Shown piece by piece: positions 14,359 through 27,642 of a stretch of 64,000 bases of DNA. How positions within the stretch are numbered: the stretch's first letter is position 1; the number at the start of each line of letters is the position of its first letter. The notes beneath the pieces are model-generated. The model worked only from the letters and a program-made list of their open reading frames with translations, had not been told where the DNA came from and searched no databases. Location: the NCBI GenBank assembly GCA_963693365.1, contig CAVNZM010000017.1, positions 2,781,527 through 2,845,526 on the forward strand, given 5' to 3'. Source of the stretch: Amoebidium appalachense. Its lineage: Eukaryota > Protista > Ichthyosporea. The position numbers and the translations under genes are program-made.

Positions 14359-14980
14359 GGGGGGGTGCATGTGTTGGTGCGTGCTGCGTGTGTGTACATG
14401 TGTGTGTGTGCGTGTGTGTGTGTGTGTGTGTGCGTGGGCGTGTTCGTGTGTGGTTGCGGTAATGGTGGTGCAGGTGAGAAAGACACACGAGGGATGGGAC
14501 TACGATAACAATGAAGTCGAACTTTGCCAGAGCGGGTGAGGCGGGAAGACTCTAAAGAACTGTGCGTTGTGATGTATCCGGACACCGGCAGTTACGAGCC
14601 ACACAACACACAACAGCCACACACACGAATTTGCGTATATGTTTTAGACACATATTAACGAAATAATGACTTACAGTTTTATTCCTTGCAGTTGTGTGGA
14701 CCTGTCTTTCATACAAAAAAATTACTGCGAGCCTGCATACATACATGCAACTCATCATGTGCACACCCACATACGTAATGACTAAAAAAGTATGTATTAT
14801 ACCGGCATGTTGTTCACTACCTATACCCTTCTATGCAGATCAGAGCCATCATTCCATAGCTACTCTTTCAACGTCTCCCGTAGGCTAAGCTAAGCATTCA
14901 AAAAAATTATGTTAAACCCCCCCCCCCACCACCACCACCACACACACACCCAGGCCCGAACAGCAACCTCCATGTGTGTG

Positions 14981-15060
<80 letters not shown>

Positions 15061-15437
15061 ACAGTGGGCGGGAGGAGGAGGAGGGGGGGGGAGGGGGGTA
15101 GAATGTGTTTGAGAGATAGGGGAAGGTGGAAAAAGCAAAAACGACAACCAAACAAAAGCTGGAAGTTAGTAAGTTGCATCCTTGGAAACCAACATTCATT
15201 CAACGTTCCTTATGGCCAGAAAACAATAAACGTTCAGAAAATGTGTTCATACCACAAATAAAAAAAAAGGATCAGCAATAACCAATTTCAATAATCATCC
15301 ATCATTACAGTACTTTCAAGGGCTATAACTTACAGCAGGGTGGTGTGTGGAGTTCTGTTTGGTTTACAGCACACACCGAATAAAAAAGGTGCCACATAGG
15401 CGAAAGCCACTATCGAACAAAGCCATTTGGTGGTGGG

Positions 15438-15550
<113 letters not shown>

Positions 15551-15567
15551 TGTGTGTGTGGCCCGGT

Positions 15568-15608
<41 letters not shown>

Positions 15609-15745
15609 GCATAATGTGAGTACAAAGACACATTCACGACACGCAACAAAACACAGAAAAAAGAGCACACACCATATCAAGCATAAGCATTTGCATCATT
15701 CTTGCCAGGGGGGGGGGGGGGGGGGAATAGAATGATCGCCATTCT

Positions 15746-18700
15746 CTATATGGCCATTGTAGGCCTCAGCCTCCCATTCCTATGCACAGTCAAAGCGCTC
15801 GCGCGCAGCCTGCTCAGCTCATTCCTGTTCGGATACTTCCCCCACCCGCTCAGTCTCACTACCAACGCCGTGACGTTATCCGTGCTCCCTAGTTGGATGG
15901 CCAACGAAACGAGTTCTTGTGCTGCTTCCTCAGGGTTTCGGCACGAGTTTGCCACGGCGCAGGCTAGCTGCTTGCTAATGACGTTGAAGAGGCCGTCCGT
16001 ACCAAGAATCAACAGGGAATCCTGCGTGGAGATTCACACCGGGGTGGTGAGATGTGGTGGGAAGCTCGGAAGGATAGGATGGGGGGGAGGGGGGAGGGAG
16101 GGGGGGGGGGGACGAGGTAATGCGATTTGAGCATAGGACTGTGACTGTCGGACCACACTTTCCCTTAATATCCCAGCAGACACAACATGCACTGTGTTAG
16201 AGCAAAAAGCTTCTCAGCCCCCTCCCCTCCACCCCCCACCCCACCCCCCCCCCTTCCCCCGGAAGCCCTTTCCGTCGAGTGGAGGTGTGTGAATGTATGT
16301 GTGCGTGTGTATCTGTAGACTGAATACAGTTCACCTTATGCCCTTCCTCCCCCCTCCCCCCCCCCCCCCTCCCCTCATCACTACCACCCTTTGCCCTCCC
16401 CCGACTTCATATGAAAAGGTGCCCGGGTTGCATGGGTTGTATGAGAAGATGCCCGGGTTAAAGCCAAAAATATATAAGCAAAAGGGGCATGAGGCGATGG
16501 CCAAGAGCGATCTGTAAATCACCGTTCTTGCGCATGGTAGGGGTGGACAAGGCATATAGCGCCGTATGCAGCAGACACGTGTGTGCTTTTGAGGCAAAGC
16601 TGAAGGGCAAGACGAATGGCACACGGTTGGCGATTGCGTGCGCGCGCGTGTGTGTGTGTAGGTGCTGGTGTTGTTGTGGGTGTTGCTGTGGGTGATGGTG
16701 GTGGTGAGGGGGGGGGGGGGGGGGGGGGGGGACGGACCAGGCAAGTAGGCATGAGCGCAGGATGACAGACGGGAAGGCAGGCGGATGATGTGAAGTGATG
16801 GTGTGGGTGTGTGAGCTTGTGTGAGTGTGTATGTACGTGTGTGTAGATGTGTGTCGAGAAGCGAGGGGGGAGGGGGGGGGGGGGGGGGAAACAGGAGGGC
16901 AGGCAGAGCTGCTGTGTGTGTGTATATCACTGTGTGTATTTGCGGTTGCGGATTCTGGATTAGAATGCCGTGCACAGCACAGCTCATTATGCAAGAGGGA
17001 TGTGGGGGACTGAAAGGTGTGTACTACACTTGTTCATAGTTCGATTCGAGGGGGAGGAGGGAAAAGGGGGTGGAAAGCGGGAAGGGGGGGGAGGGGGTGG
17101 GGGGGGGGGGGGGGGGGGGGAGGGTGGGAGGAGGGGGGATACTGTACACACCTTCCGTGAGAGTTGAACATCATAAATGCTCGGCTCTGCTATAACACCA
17201 AACGGTTTCAACTCCCTGTCCCCTATTGACCGACTCATTGCTAGCCGCCCACACACCCTGTATGTTCCATACATGGGATCCAATGTGACCGTGCCCCCAG
17301 CCGCCTTTATCCTTCGCATCTCCGCTTCCATCTCGGGTTTGTGCTCTACGCTCAAATCTTTCGCTGAATCTTTGTGCAAGATCACTGCTCGAGAGTCCCC
17401 TACCCCTGCCACCAAGAGTTTGTGACCGTTCAAAAGCGCACATGTGGCTGTGGTGCCACTGGGGCCCAAGTGAAAGGCTTCATCGGTCTGCAGGGAAACC
17501 ACACGTTAGAAAAAGAATGGAGAAGGCATGTGTGTGTGTGTGTGTGCACACGTGTATGTGTCGCGAGATGTCCAAGTGTGTGTGTGTTTGTGCCCGGGAG
17601 CTGTGCGACCGTGTGTGAAATGAGGGTGCACGTGTGTGTGTGCCAGGGGGTGTAAATGGGAGCCAGTATAAGGTGTATGTGTGTGTACATGTGTGTGTCA
17701 GTGCGTATGCAAGAGTATGTGTGTGTGTGTGTGTGTCATGGCGTGTGTGTACGGTACATGTGTGTTTGTGAGTGTGTCCGTGGGGGTGTGTGTGCATGTG
17801 CGTGTCAAGGTGTGAGTATGTGTTATGGTGTGTGCGTGTGTGTTCGTGAGCGTGTCAGTGTGGGTCTTTGCCAATGGTTATATGTCCTTGTGTGTGTGTG
17901 CGTGTGTGTGTGTGTGCGCGCGCGCGTATGTGTGTGTGCATGTGCGCAGCATGTGATCAGTTGCGCACGTAAACCATGCGTTGGTCATTCAGCAACAAAA
18001 GGCACTGTGAGCATGCACACGACAAACACCGCCTCTTCCCTAAACACGTTCTAAACCAATCCACCGGACAATCGTGAGGAAGAAAATAAAAACCATCGAA
18101 GCATCCCGGCCAAGGAATCACCAAGATCCCAGCAAAACTGATGGGAAAAAGCCCTTGAAAGCCCAGATAGCCCAGTTTCCAGTGTTGGGTCGGGAAAACT
18201 CACCTTCCGAAAAGCCTTTAACAACGCTGTCTGCAGACCAGCTCCGTTTTCCAGCTCTTCCGAGATAAACCGGGGAAGATTGTTTTTCGCAAATTCTGCT
18301 GCCTCGCTACCGCCATGTCCATCAAACACGCCAAAAAAAGCTAAATCGGGCGAGAAATGGACTATGCTATGTCTATCCTCGTTATAGGGCCGACCGTTGA
18401 CGGCCGTGCAAGCACCGGCAAGTTCGAACTCCGAATTTAGGCTCGGCAGTGTCATATATGTCCTATGGATGATTAATTGTGACAGAGTGAGCAACGCTTG
18501 AGAGGTTTTATGTATGCAGATGCATCCTCGTTTATCCATCATCCGGCCAAGAGCTTAGACGCGATCACACTGTGTAGAGTGTGCTAAAGATAATTTTTCA
18601 TTGAGATTGCAGGCCCTCCAGCTGGTAGTGCACACCGAAAAGAACATGTCCCATGCTATTAAATAGGTTTCAAGTTGCTACTAACCCAGCTCAAAAGCGC

Positions 18701-18994
18701 ATCCTAGAAGCCCAATGCCCCGTTTGCCCGATAGTCAAGAAAATGCAACAACGCAACTAGAGAACCGACAAGTCGTACATATATGCGCGTGCACACACGC
18801 ACATGCACACACACACGGCACACACAAATACACACGCACACAAATGCACATACGTGCATGCATACACACACGCTCACAATCTCACTTTGGCATAGTAGTA
18901 CATACCTGTTGGACCATATGCTGACTGCTTTAGACAAAGCGGGGGCAAAGGAAGCACTCCTTTTGCAGGATCTAGAAATTATTGTTGGTATCAT
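15746..18994 (-). CDS. PP2C/PPM-family Ser/Thr phosphatase, ~319 aa, likely mitochondrial (PPM1K-like)
   Basis: Exons 18994-18906, 18462-18204, 17487-17152 and 16021-15746 are phase-consistent. Motifs: GRPYNED, FFGVFDGHGG, SGTTA, VGDSRA, LAMSRSIGD, LILGTDGL, GSTDNVT. The N-terminal ~35 aa are R/K/S/A-rich with no acidic residues. Confidence 0.93.
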
Positions 18995-20235
18995 TCTCTT
19001 TCTTAATACAGCAATGATTTATCATACTGCTATAAACCAAGCGACGATATCTTTCAACTGCATTGCATCAGGAATCGTCCTCGACTCACTATTTTAGCAA
19101 CGGAAGGTTGTATAAAAGGTGTAATAACAGAGGATCAAAGATGCACAATAACAAACCCTTTCTGACCTCTCTTGGCTGTCACACTGCTCAAATGTTCGCT
19201 AACGTTTCCTAGTAAGCAGGAGGATAATCGTTGTCAATGCCCATTCAAAAATTCAAAAATTTGGAGAAAGGATGCACAAAACACCATGATGTCAAGGCGA
19301 TTGTGGGTGCGCACCCTTGCGCAGCGCTTGTGGCCTTTTTATAGGTCGAGTCAGGTGGGCATTGTTGAGATCGATTTGAGGAGTGCAGAATAACGTCTCA
19401 CTCAATGCAAAGATAGGCATGCAAAAATTATAAAAAATTCCAAAAACAGCAAAGAGAAAATAAGCATGATATCAATTATATTTATATAATATTCATTTAT
19501 GGCGTATTTATAGTAGCTTTTTCTGGTTTACAAAAGATGCGAGGCCATGCACAACGGTGATACGCAATCGTGGCGTGGTGACAAAATGCTACGTGACATG
19601 CATCCAATCAATCGACACCAACAACATTCCTTTGATCACCGTGGTCGTGGGTGTCAAAATAGTTGGAGCGGCTAGCTGAAAGTTGCAATGAGAATGCAAA
19701 GTAATGCTACACTGTGTGTGTTAATAATTTTTTTGTGGGCATTTCCTACTTTTTTCAGGGTTTTTGGAATTACCATCTTTCATTGAGGACCTTTGGACAC
19801 CCAGTTATCGACCGGTGCTCAGTGCTGCACGCTGGTTGGGGTTCATCAATACATTTATTTCGGCGTCATTTGATTGGCTGTACGGCTTGGAACGGTGGCG
19901 CAATCATTGCCAAACGAAAACGTCACACACAGACACGGACAAACAAAACAAACAAGCTGTCCGGAGCCACGTACGCGTCCGTTGAGTGTGCTTTTCGGCG
20001 CTATTTTCCGTGGCAGACGTGTGTGCCATAAAATGCATACAGCTGAGAAGGGTTGATTCATTGATCATTAGCAGACCAGCAGTTTGATGTTCTACCCATA
20101 CTTCTCATTATAATACCTCCACCTCTTCGATTGCCATCGGATCCAGGTTTCAGGCTTGCTCCTTTTTCGACTGTAACATTTGAAGCTTCCCCCAACCAGA
20201 CATGTAAGGCTGGTACACAGGCATATGTTAGCTAG

Positions 20236-21295
20236 ATGAGAATGGGGAGTGCGGAGATGCAAAAGCAGCTTCCATCCACGGTGGTTCTTTATGATGTGCC
20301 AACTGGCCAGACCTTTTACCCGTGCGTCCACTACGTCTATGAAGGTGGGAAGGGGAGACAACTTCCACGTTTGTGCTCGGGTTTTCAAACTCCTAAGGAG
20401 TTTTCAGTTTTATTACAGTTTTATTTAGTGCTACGTACACGTGCTCATCATATTGTGCATGTACATTTGCATCGAACACGTTTAGCTTGGAGGTGGTGGC
20501 TATGTGGTTGCATGCCATCACCTTCATAAAGCTCTACTTTGGCAGCTGCAAAAAACTGACACCTTACAAAAAAATGTGTAGGTCCGGTAGCTTTAAAAAA
20601 TTCCGCATGCACATCAATTATCCTGGAAAAGGGAAAGGGAAAACAAGAAAATATCTGACAAGCACGTTACCCATAGGGGAGGAGGTCCCAAGTGAGCTAG
20701 AGAAGGCGGCCCTGGTTGTCGTGGACCTTTTGCCCGACGGCCGAACAGGTGTGCTCTCTTTCTCTCCTCTCTCTCTCCCTCCCTCTCTCCCTCCCTTCCC
20801 CTCCCTCCCTCCCTCCCTCCCTCCCTCCCTCCCTCCCTCGCTCTCCCCGACCTTCTTCTTCCCCATCTCCCTCCCTCTGCCTTCCTCCCTCCCTTCCTCC
20901 CTCCCTCCCCCTCCCCCTCCCTCCCTTCTCCCTCCCTCACACACACGCAGACATACACACACATACCCACACACACACACAGAGGGAGAGAGAGAGAGGG
21001 AGGGAGAGAGGAAGGGAGGGAGGGAGGGAGGGAGGGGGGGGGGAGGGGTGAGAGAGAGAGAGAGAGAGAGCGAGAGAGTCTGTGTGTCCAAAGAAACCGC
21101 TTTATAGTTTTTCACGAGTTGCTTGTGCAGGATCGGTGACTGCTGCGTCCAAGGATGTGCAGGTGTCCAGCGGGACGTTGGTTCCAGGAGATGACGGGGG
21201 CGTGACTCTGCACATAGAGGGCTCCTTTGCGCAGTATGTATGCCTTGTAAGCATGAGCTTGTAGTTCGGTGAATGGGGGGGAGGGAAGAAGGGGG

Positions 21296-21327
<32 letters not shown>

Positions 21328-21375
21328 CATTCTGTGATGGACCAGTTTGTCTGTGTTTGTTACTTGACATTTTTT

Positions 21376-21406
<31 letters not shown>

Positions 21407-21469
21407 GGGGGGGTTCTATTCGTGATTTAGACCACGCTTTGCTTTGTGTATTTGTCCTTAACTTTTGTA

Positions 21470-21500
<31 letters not shown>

Positions 21501-21504
21501 CGGA

Positions 21505-21562
<58 letters not shown>

Positions 21563-23069
21563 TCTAATCGTGATTTAGACCACGCTTTGCTTTGTGTATT
21601 TGTCCTTAACTTGTGTACTCTTTTTTTTTTTTTTTTTTTTTTTTTTTGGAGAGAGGGGGGGGGGGGGGGGGGGATGCGACATCCAAGAACGGCAAAAGGG
21701 CGCGAGGCCCCCCCGGGGGGGACGGGGGGGGGGGGGTTTATTAATATGACCTCCAAGAACGGCAAAAGGGCGCGAGGTCCCCCGCGGGGGGGGGGGGGGG
21801 GGGGGAGAGGCGGAATCGATCTGTGTTGGCTCAGGTGGAATCATGGGGAAGTTTCGACTTTGTTTTTTCTTGGGCTGGCCGAGTGCAATACACGTTGTTC
21901 AACACCTAAATACTAAAAGATGTTAGCCGCATCAGTGTGGAGCGAAAGGAAAGAGGGAAAGCAGAAAATCTCAGAAAAGATCGGAAAATATTAGAGAAGA
22001 CCAGAAAGCTCCAAAACGACCAGAAGATCTCTTAAAATAAAGTAATACCACAAATTCCAGGAAAAAACCCAGAGAATTTGCACTTTTCTCCGCAGAAAGT
22101 TCCAGAGAAGACCAGACAATTTCGGAAAAGACCAGAATGATTCCAGAAAAAAGACCAGAAAACTGCACTTTTCCCCCAGAAAGTTCCAGAGAAGACCAGA
22201 CAATTTCAGAAAAGACCAGAAAAATGCACTTTTTTCCCCAGAAAGGTCCAGAAAAAACCAGACAATTTCAGAAAAGGCCAGAATGATCACAAAAAAAGAC
22301 CAGAAAGTTACTTCCAAACGGCAGGAGATGCTGACGTGTGTTGTTTGCTACCAGGACAGGCACGGATGGAGCGTTCAAGAAGTCTCCCTTCCAGCTTCTG
22401 GATGACATTCTGGAACGGTCTGTGTCCATCCATTGGGTCCTTATCATGCATCCTGTGTTGCAAACCATCCCTCAATGTTGGTTGTATAAAAGCGTCAATT
22501 TAGACATTGGTTATGATTGGGATTTGCATTTTCCACAACGACAACAACCCCTCCCTCCCCTTCCTCCTCCGCCCCCCCCTCCCGCCCCCCCCCCCCCCCC
22601 CTCCCCATGTTTGCAAGGGCCTTTTCCCTTACGCTTTCTCTGTCCCGTTCTAAGTGGATGTGGAGGGGGGGGGGGGGGGGGGGGGGGGGGGTTGAGGGAT
22701 TGGAAGGAAGGGAGAGGAGGTAGCTGCTGGTGGTGATGAAGATGTGTGTGTGTGATACACGCAGGGAAGTGGATACCGATATGGGGTGTGTGCGTGCCTG
22801 CGCGTGTGTGTATGCGTGTATGGGTGCGGGCGGGCGGGCGGGCGGGCGGGCAGGCAGGCGGGCGCGCATGAGCAGGTGCCTGCATGCAGGCGCAGGCGTG
22901 AGCCTGGGTTCCTGGGTCTGTGCATGTGTGTGTGTGTGTGTGTGTGTATTGCAGTGTGAAGCTAGCCACACCTACGGTTTTTTGTAGGCAAGCGGTTAGT
23001 CTCCGTTGTTCCTATGCACTTTGCACAGCAATTTTTTTCAAAGGAGGTCTGCTTACCAGATACTCGTTT

Positions 23070-23108
<39 letters not shown>

Positions 23109-23157
23109 TGCAGGAACGAGAGGATCAAGGACCTTCTGTTCTCGGAGGAGCTTGAGG
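20236..23157 (+). CDS. Atg31-like autophagy scaffold domain (5 exons, ~130 aa), probably the N-terminal part of a longer gene
   Basis: Exons 20236-20344, 20677-20748, 21131-21233, 22355-22417 and 23114-23157 have phases 1,1,2,2, all consistent. Product: ...TVVLYDVPTGQTFYPCVHYVYEGEEVPSELEKAALVVVDLLPDGRTGSVTAASKDVQVSSGTLVPGDDGGVTLHIEGSFAQTGTDGAFKKSPFQLLDDILERNERIKDLLFSEELE. The exon structure is solid; the family call rests on recalled motif order. Confidence 0.65.
21420..21782. repeat. Two local intronic duplications separated by homopolymer tracts
   Basis: tcgtgatttagaccacgctttgctttgtgtatttgtccttaactt at ~21420 and ~21568; ccaagaacggcaaaagggcgcgagg at ~21683 and ~21753. Confidence 0.8.
21960..22310. 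repeat. Purine-rich degenerate intronic minisatellite (~60-80-bp higher-order unit)
   Basis: Recurrent gaagaccagacaatttc(a/g)gaaaagaccagaa and gcacttttt...ccagaaag(t/g)tccaga. Confidence 0.8.
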
Positions 23158-23484
23158 GTTTGTTTTTCGCAAAACCAGGTGGGTTGGTTATCATATTGTA
23201 TGGTCGGTGTAAAACCCGGAATGTTCGAGGAAGTTTTTTTTTCATATTAAACAGGCGCTTGAAAGACAATTATTCAGTTGTCTATCTGTCCAATCGATTA
23301 AACTTTGTTGATTTTTCTTTTTTTATTTGGCGCAGGGGGGGAGAGGGGGGAGGGGGGAGAAGGGGGAGGGGGGCTGGTATGATTGTGATGAGGACAGAGC
23401 AAGGGTAAGGGCTTTTCGTTAGGGGAGCCGGGAACAGAACGGGTGTGGATAACGGACTGTGGCATGGGGAAAGAAATTGTGTGT

Positions 23485-23554
<70 letters not shown>

Positions 23555-23684
23555 GCACATGTATCATCTTTGGTATTATTGTTCATGAATTACGTGCTAA
23601 TTGCTCTCCTGATGTTTACGGTTTTTACGTTTATTCGTTCATGAGTTATCCGATATTCGTTTATATTCACATGTCCCTGTTCAG

Positions 23685-23825
23685 ACCCCCCGGACTGGAC
23701 GTTCCACCCCCCAGCTCCGTATTCACCGGAGCACCCACCCCTCCACCTGTCCGGCGCAACTCCCTGTCTTCCGGCTCACGCCCAACCACACCAGAAATAC
23801 GGGCAGGCACACCAAACCCTAATGT

Positions 23826-23872
<47 letters not shown>

Positions 23873-24349
23873 ACACACACACACCCACCCACCCACCCGC
23901 CTCCCCGCCTGCCCGCCAGACTGCCGCATGGACTTCTACATATGATGCATACTGCTGTGTTTGCGTTTTTTTAATTTATTATGAAGTGTGTTGTTTGTCC
24001 GTTGCGAATGTGTATTTTGTACTCTGTAAACACAACCTCCCCCCCCCCCCCTTTCCCCACCTCACCTGTCCTCTCCCTCTCAGGATAGAAAGTATAGTGA
24101 TGTGCTCTTTCTTCAAGCATCTTTCTTTCATGTACAGTTTGAGCGGGTGTCTTTGCATTTATCAGGCATTGACTGAATCAATAACCTCCATCTCTCGGTG
24201 TGCACAATTTGTCGTGTAAAGAAAATCATGGAGCCGACATGTTGTTTATGAAAAAAGATTTCCTTTTTGGCTTCTCACCGAGAAGGTCGTATTCAGCAGC
24301 TTAAACGAGAGGAGCAAAAGCTTGGAGCAGCCCCGTCATCTACCCGTCC

Positions 24350-24432
<83 letters not shown>

Positions 24433-26421
24433 TGCGCGCACGCGCGCGCACGCGTTTCTGCGTGTACGTGCGTGCACGGGCATGTGTGTTTGTGCATGTT
24501 TGTGTGTTTGTGTTTATATGCGTGTGCTTGTGTGTGTGCGTGTGCTGCTGCGTGTGTGTGTGCATGTGCGTGTGCGTGTGCATGTGTGTGTGCGTGTTTA
24601 TATATGTGTGTGTGCATGCGTGCATGCAAATGGGTGCACGCATGTGTGTGCATGTGTGCGTGTGTGTGTGTGTGTATTCGAGCACAGAAGCATGTGCTCA
24701 AACTCTTGCGCCCATGTCGTAGTACCCTCAGGAGGTTGTTAGGTTTGGATTTTGCCTACCAGCATATGAAATGAAGGTTTGCTTATGAGTACTAATTTAA
24801 TAAAAACGCTTAAGCAAAGGATTGCACAGAGTGGCTCGTCGGTGGTACATAGGGTATTGCCGTGGTTGATTATTGAGTTTTGCAAAATTCGTAAAACTTT
24901 GCTACCTTCTGAGGTAGCTCTTATTTTTCAAGGGGTCGGCGGACGATCCGGAGAACGGCTGATCACGTGACTCACCTACCCTTGAAAAGTAGAGCTACCC
25001 GGCAAGATGACATCTCACAGGGTACAAAACTTTCGCACTCCTGCTAAAGGCATAGAAAGCAGGGGTACAAAACACGCGTCTATGCCAATTTTTTTATGAA
25101 ACACTTTTTTATTTAAAATATGTGAAGAGACAACTCTTTTTTTTGGCGTGCAAGACTTGATACCTTTTCTCCCTATCATTTTAATTTCACAGCCTGAAAA
25201 ATGACTTCTTGACTCCGAGTCGCGGCAGACTTGAGCTGCCGGAGTCGCTTGGAAAAGTCATCTCACAAATCCAATCGTGACTTGAGTCAAAGTTGACAAA
25301 ATAGTCGCTCCTGGCCCCTTCGCCGCATATGGTTAATCGAATGTGCCATCTGCCAATCGTTCGGTTGGTACCTGACTCGGTAGCACGCGTCATCTCGTCC
25401 CGTGGCCTCAGCCAGCGTCGATTTATTCGTACATAGGCTAGAGGGCACAGTCAGTACGTGCCAGGTAAAAACTGTAGGTGATTGTGGATGATTCCCACTT
25501 TGCTGATCATTCTTAAATCCCCCCCCTCCCCCCCGCCCCCTCCCCCCTCCCCCCCTCCCCCCCCCCCCCCCCCCCCCCATACACACACACAAAAAAAAAG
25601 GCGCTGTACAACCTTTTGACAAACCCCCCCCTCCCCCCCCCGCCCCCCGCCCCCCCTTGAACACACACACACACTCCCTCACTCACTCAACTCACTCACT
25701 CACTCCTCCCTCCATCCCCCCCCTCCCCCCACCCCATCCACACACACGCACGCACACACACACAGGCTCAGACGCCACAAATCACCGAAGGGGCGGCTCC
25801 CCCGCATCAACAGTAGCAGCCGACCCCACACCCAGCCACCACGCTCCTCTCTACTACGACACTACCCCCCGTACACACCACCGCCACCCCAACCAATCAG
25901 AACTCGCCTATGCCGGCCGCACCCACCAACCACAACCTTCGGATCGGTTTTCGAGAAATTACCCCCAAGATGATTTTGGAAATTTCGCGGATGGGGGGAT
26001 TACTGTTGGTGGTGGTCCTTCAGACCGGGTGTATGTGCAGCAGGGCAATCAGCACGACCCGATCTACCATCGAGCCAATCAGCATGATCCGATCTACAAT
26101 CGGGCTAATCAGCACGATCCGATCCACCAACGGGCCAATCAGCACGATCTGATCTACAATCGAGCCATTCAGCACGATCCGATCTACAATCGGGCCAATC
26201 AGCACGATCCGATCTACCAGCGGGCCAATCAGACGGAAGCGTTTCATCACCGAGCCAATCAGAATGACTCTTTGCACAATCGGGGCGGTCAGGGTGATCA
26301 GGGCCACTTTGTGCGAGGAGGTGCACATGGGCATCCGATTGGGCCGAGAGAGGCGGCGTTTTTGGAACAGCCAATGACAGCACAGGATCGGCAACACATG
26401 GATCAGCTATGGGTACCGTAT

Positions 26422-26459
<38 letters not shown>

Positions 26460-26506
26460 ACCCCCCCCACCACCACCACCACCACCACCACCACCACCAC
26501 CGCCAC

Positions 26507-26538
<32 letters not shown>

Positions 26539-26785
26539 AGAAGAAGTAGTAATAATAGCGATTTACATAAAAGTAAGAATAGTAGTAGTGGTGGTACTGA
26601 TGGTAGTGATTATAATGATGGTTGATCGTATGGATAGTAATAGTAACATTGATAACGATCATCAAAAACTCAAAAACTCATAGAGAGAAATCTTTTTAGA
26701 AACATCTACATGGAACCCGTCCTTTACTGTTTGCATGAACAGAGAGCTACACAAACAGGGACATACACACAACCCCTCCCCTCCT

Positions 26786-26840
<55 letters not shown>

Positions 26841-27611
26841 AAAAGAAAAACACATACACACACACACGTAAACACGGGGGGGGGGGGGGGGGGGGGGGAT
26901 TGAGAGAGAGATTTCTTGAGGTAGGAAGGGCTTGGGAGAGAGGGGGGGGGGGGGGGAGAGGGGGGGGGGGGGGGGGGGGCATAAACCGCTACTCTCCCTG
27001 CCACCACCAGCGTCAATCCACTCTGTATTTCTTTCTCCCTGTCCAGTGTTCACCCCTTCCTCTCCCAACCACTTTTCCCCTCTGCTCAAATACCTCCCCC
27101 CCCCCCCCCCCCCCCCCCCCCGCTTCCCCGAGAAGGTTGTCTGCTTCCGAGGCATGCTCCTTGTGTGTGCTTTGCAAAGTCTGTGTTATGTTGTACGTTT
27201 TCATGTGTACTTCATACCCGGGATTCCATTCTAACCTTCCCCCCCCCCCCCCCCCCCCCCCGTCCAACCACCACCCCCTCCCTCATCCGCTCCCCCGACC
27301 TTCCCTCCCCCCTCCCCCCCCCCCCCTCCCCCCTTAACCACACCAATCCTCCATTCCTCTTTGCATTCCATTATTCCACTTCACGCTTGCTCACGTGCTT
27401 TTACCTCTCCTAAACCTCCCTCCCTCTATCCCTCCATCTCCCTCCCCCTCCCCCTCTCCCCCTCCCCCCTCCCTCCCTCCCTCCCCTTTTCTCTCCTTTT
27501 CTCTATGTACTGGCACAGAGAGGACCATACACTAGAGGGGCACCCCCTGGGACGTCAGCTGGAGGCAGGGAGGATGCCCATGCTGCTTTTAGCCCATACA
27601 GGTGTGTATGT

Positions 27612-27642
<31 letters not shown>

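Noticed and set aside
25193-25280. Alternative terminal exon (PENDFLTP...QIQS*)
   Set aside because: Requires a different frame for exon 24286-24351 than the one that joins the long downstream chain; cannot be resolved without RNA data.
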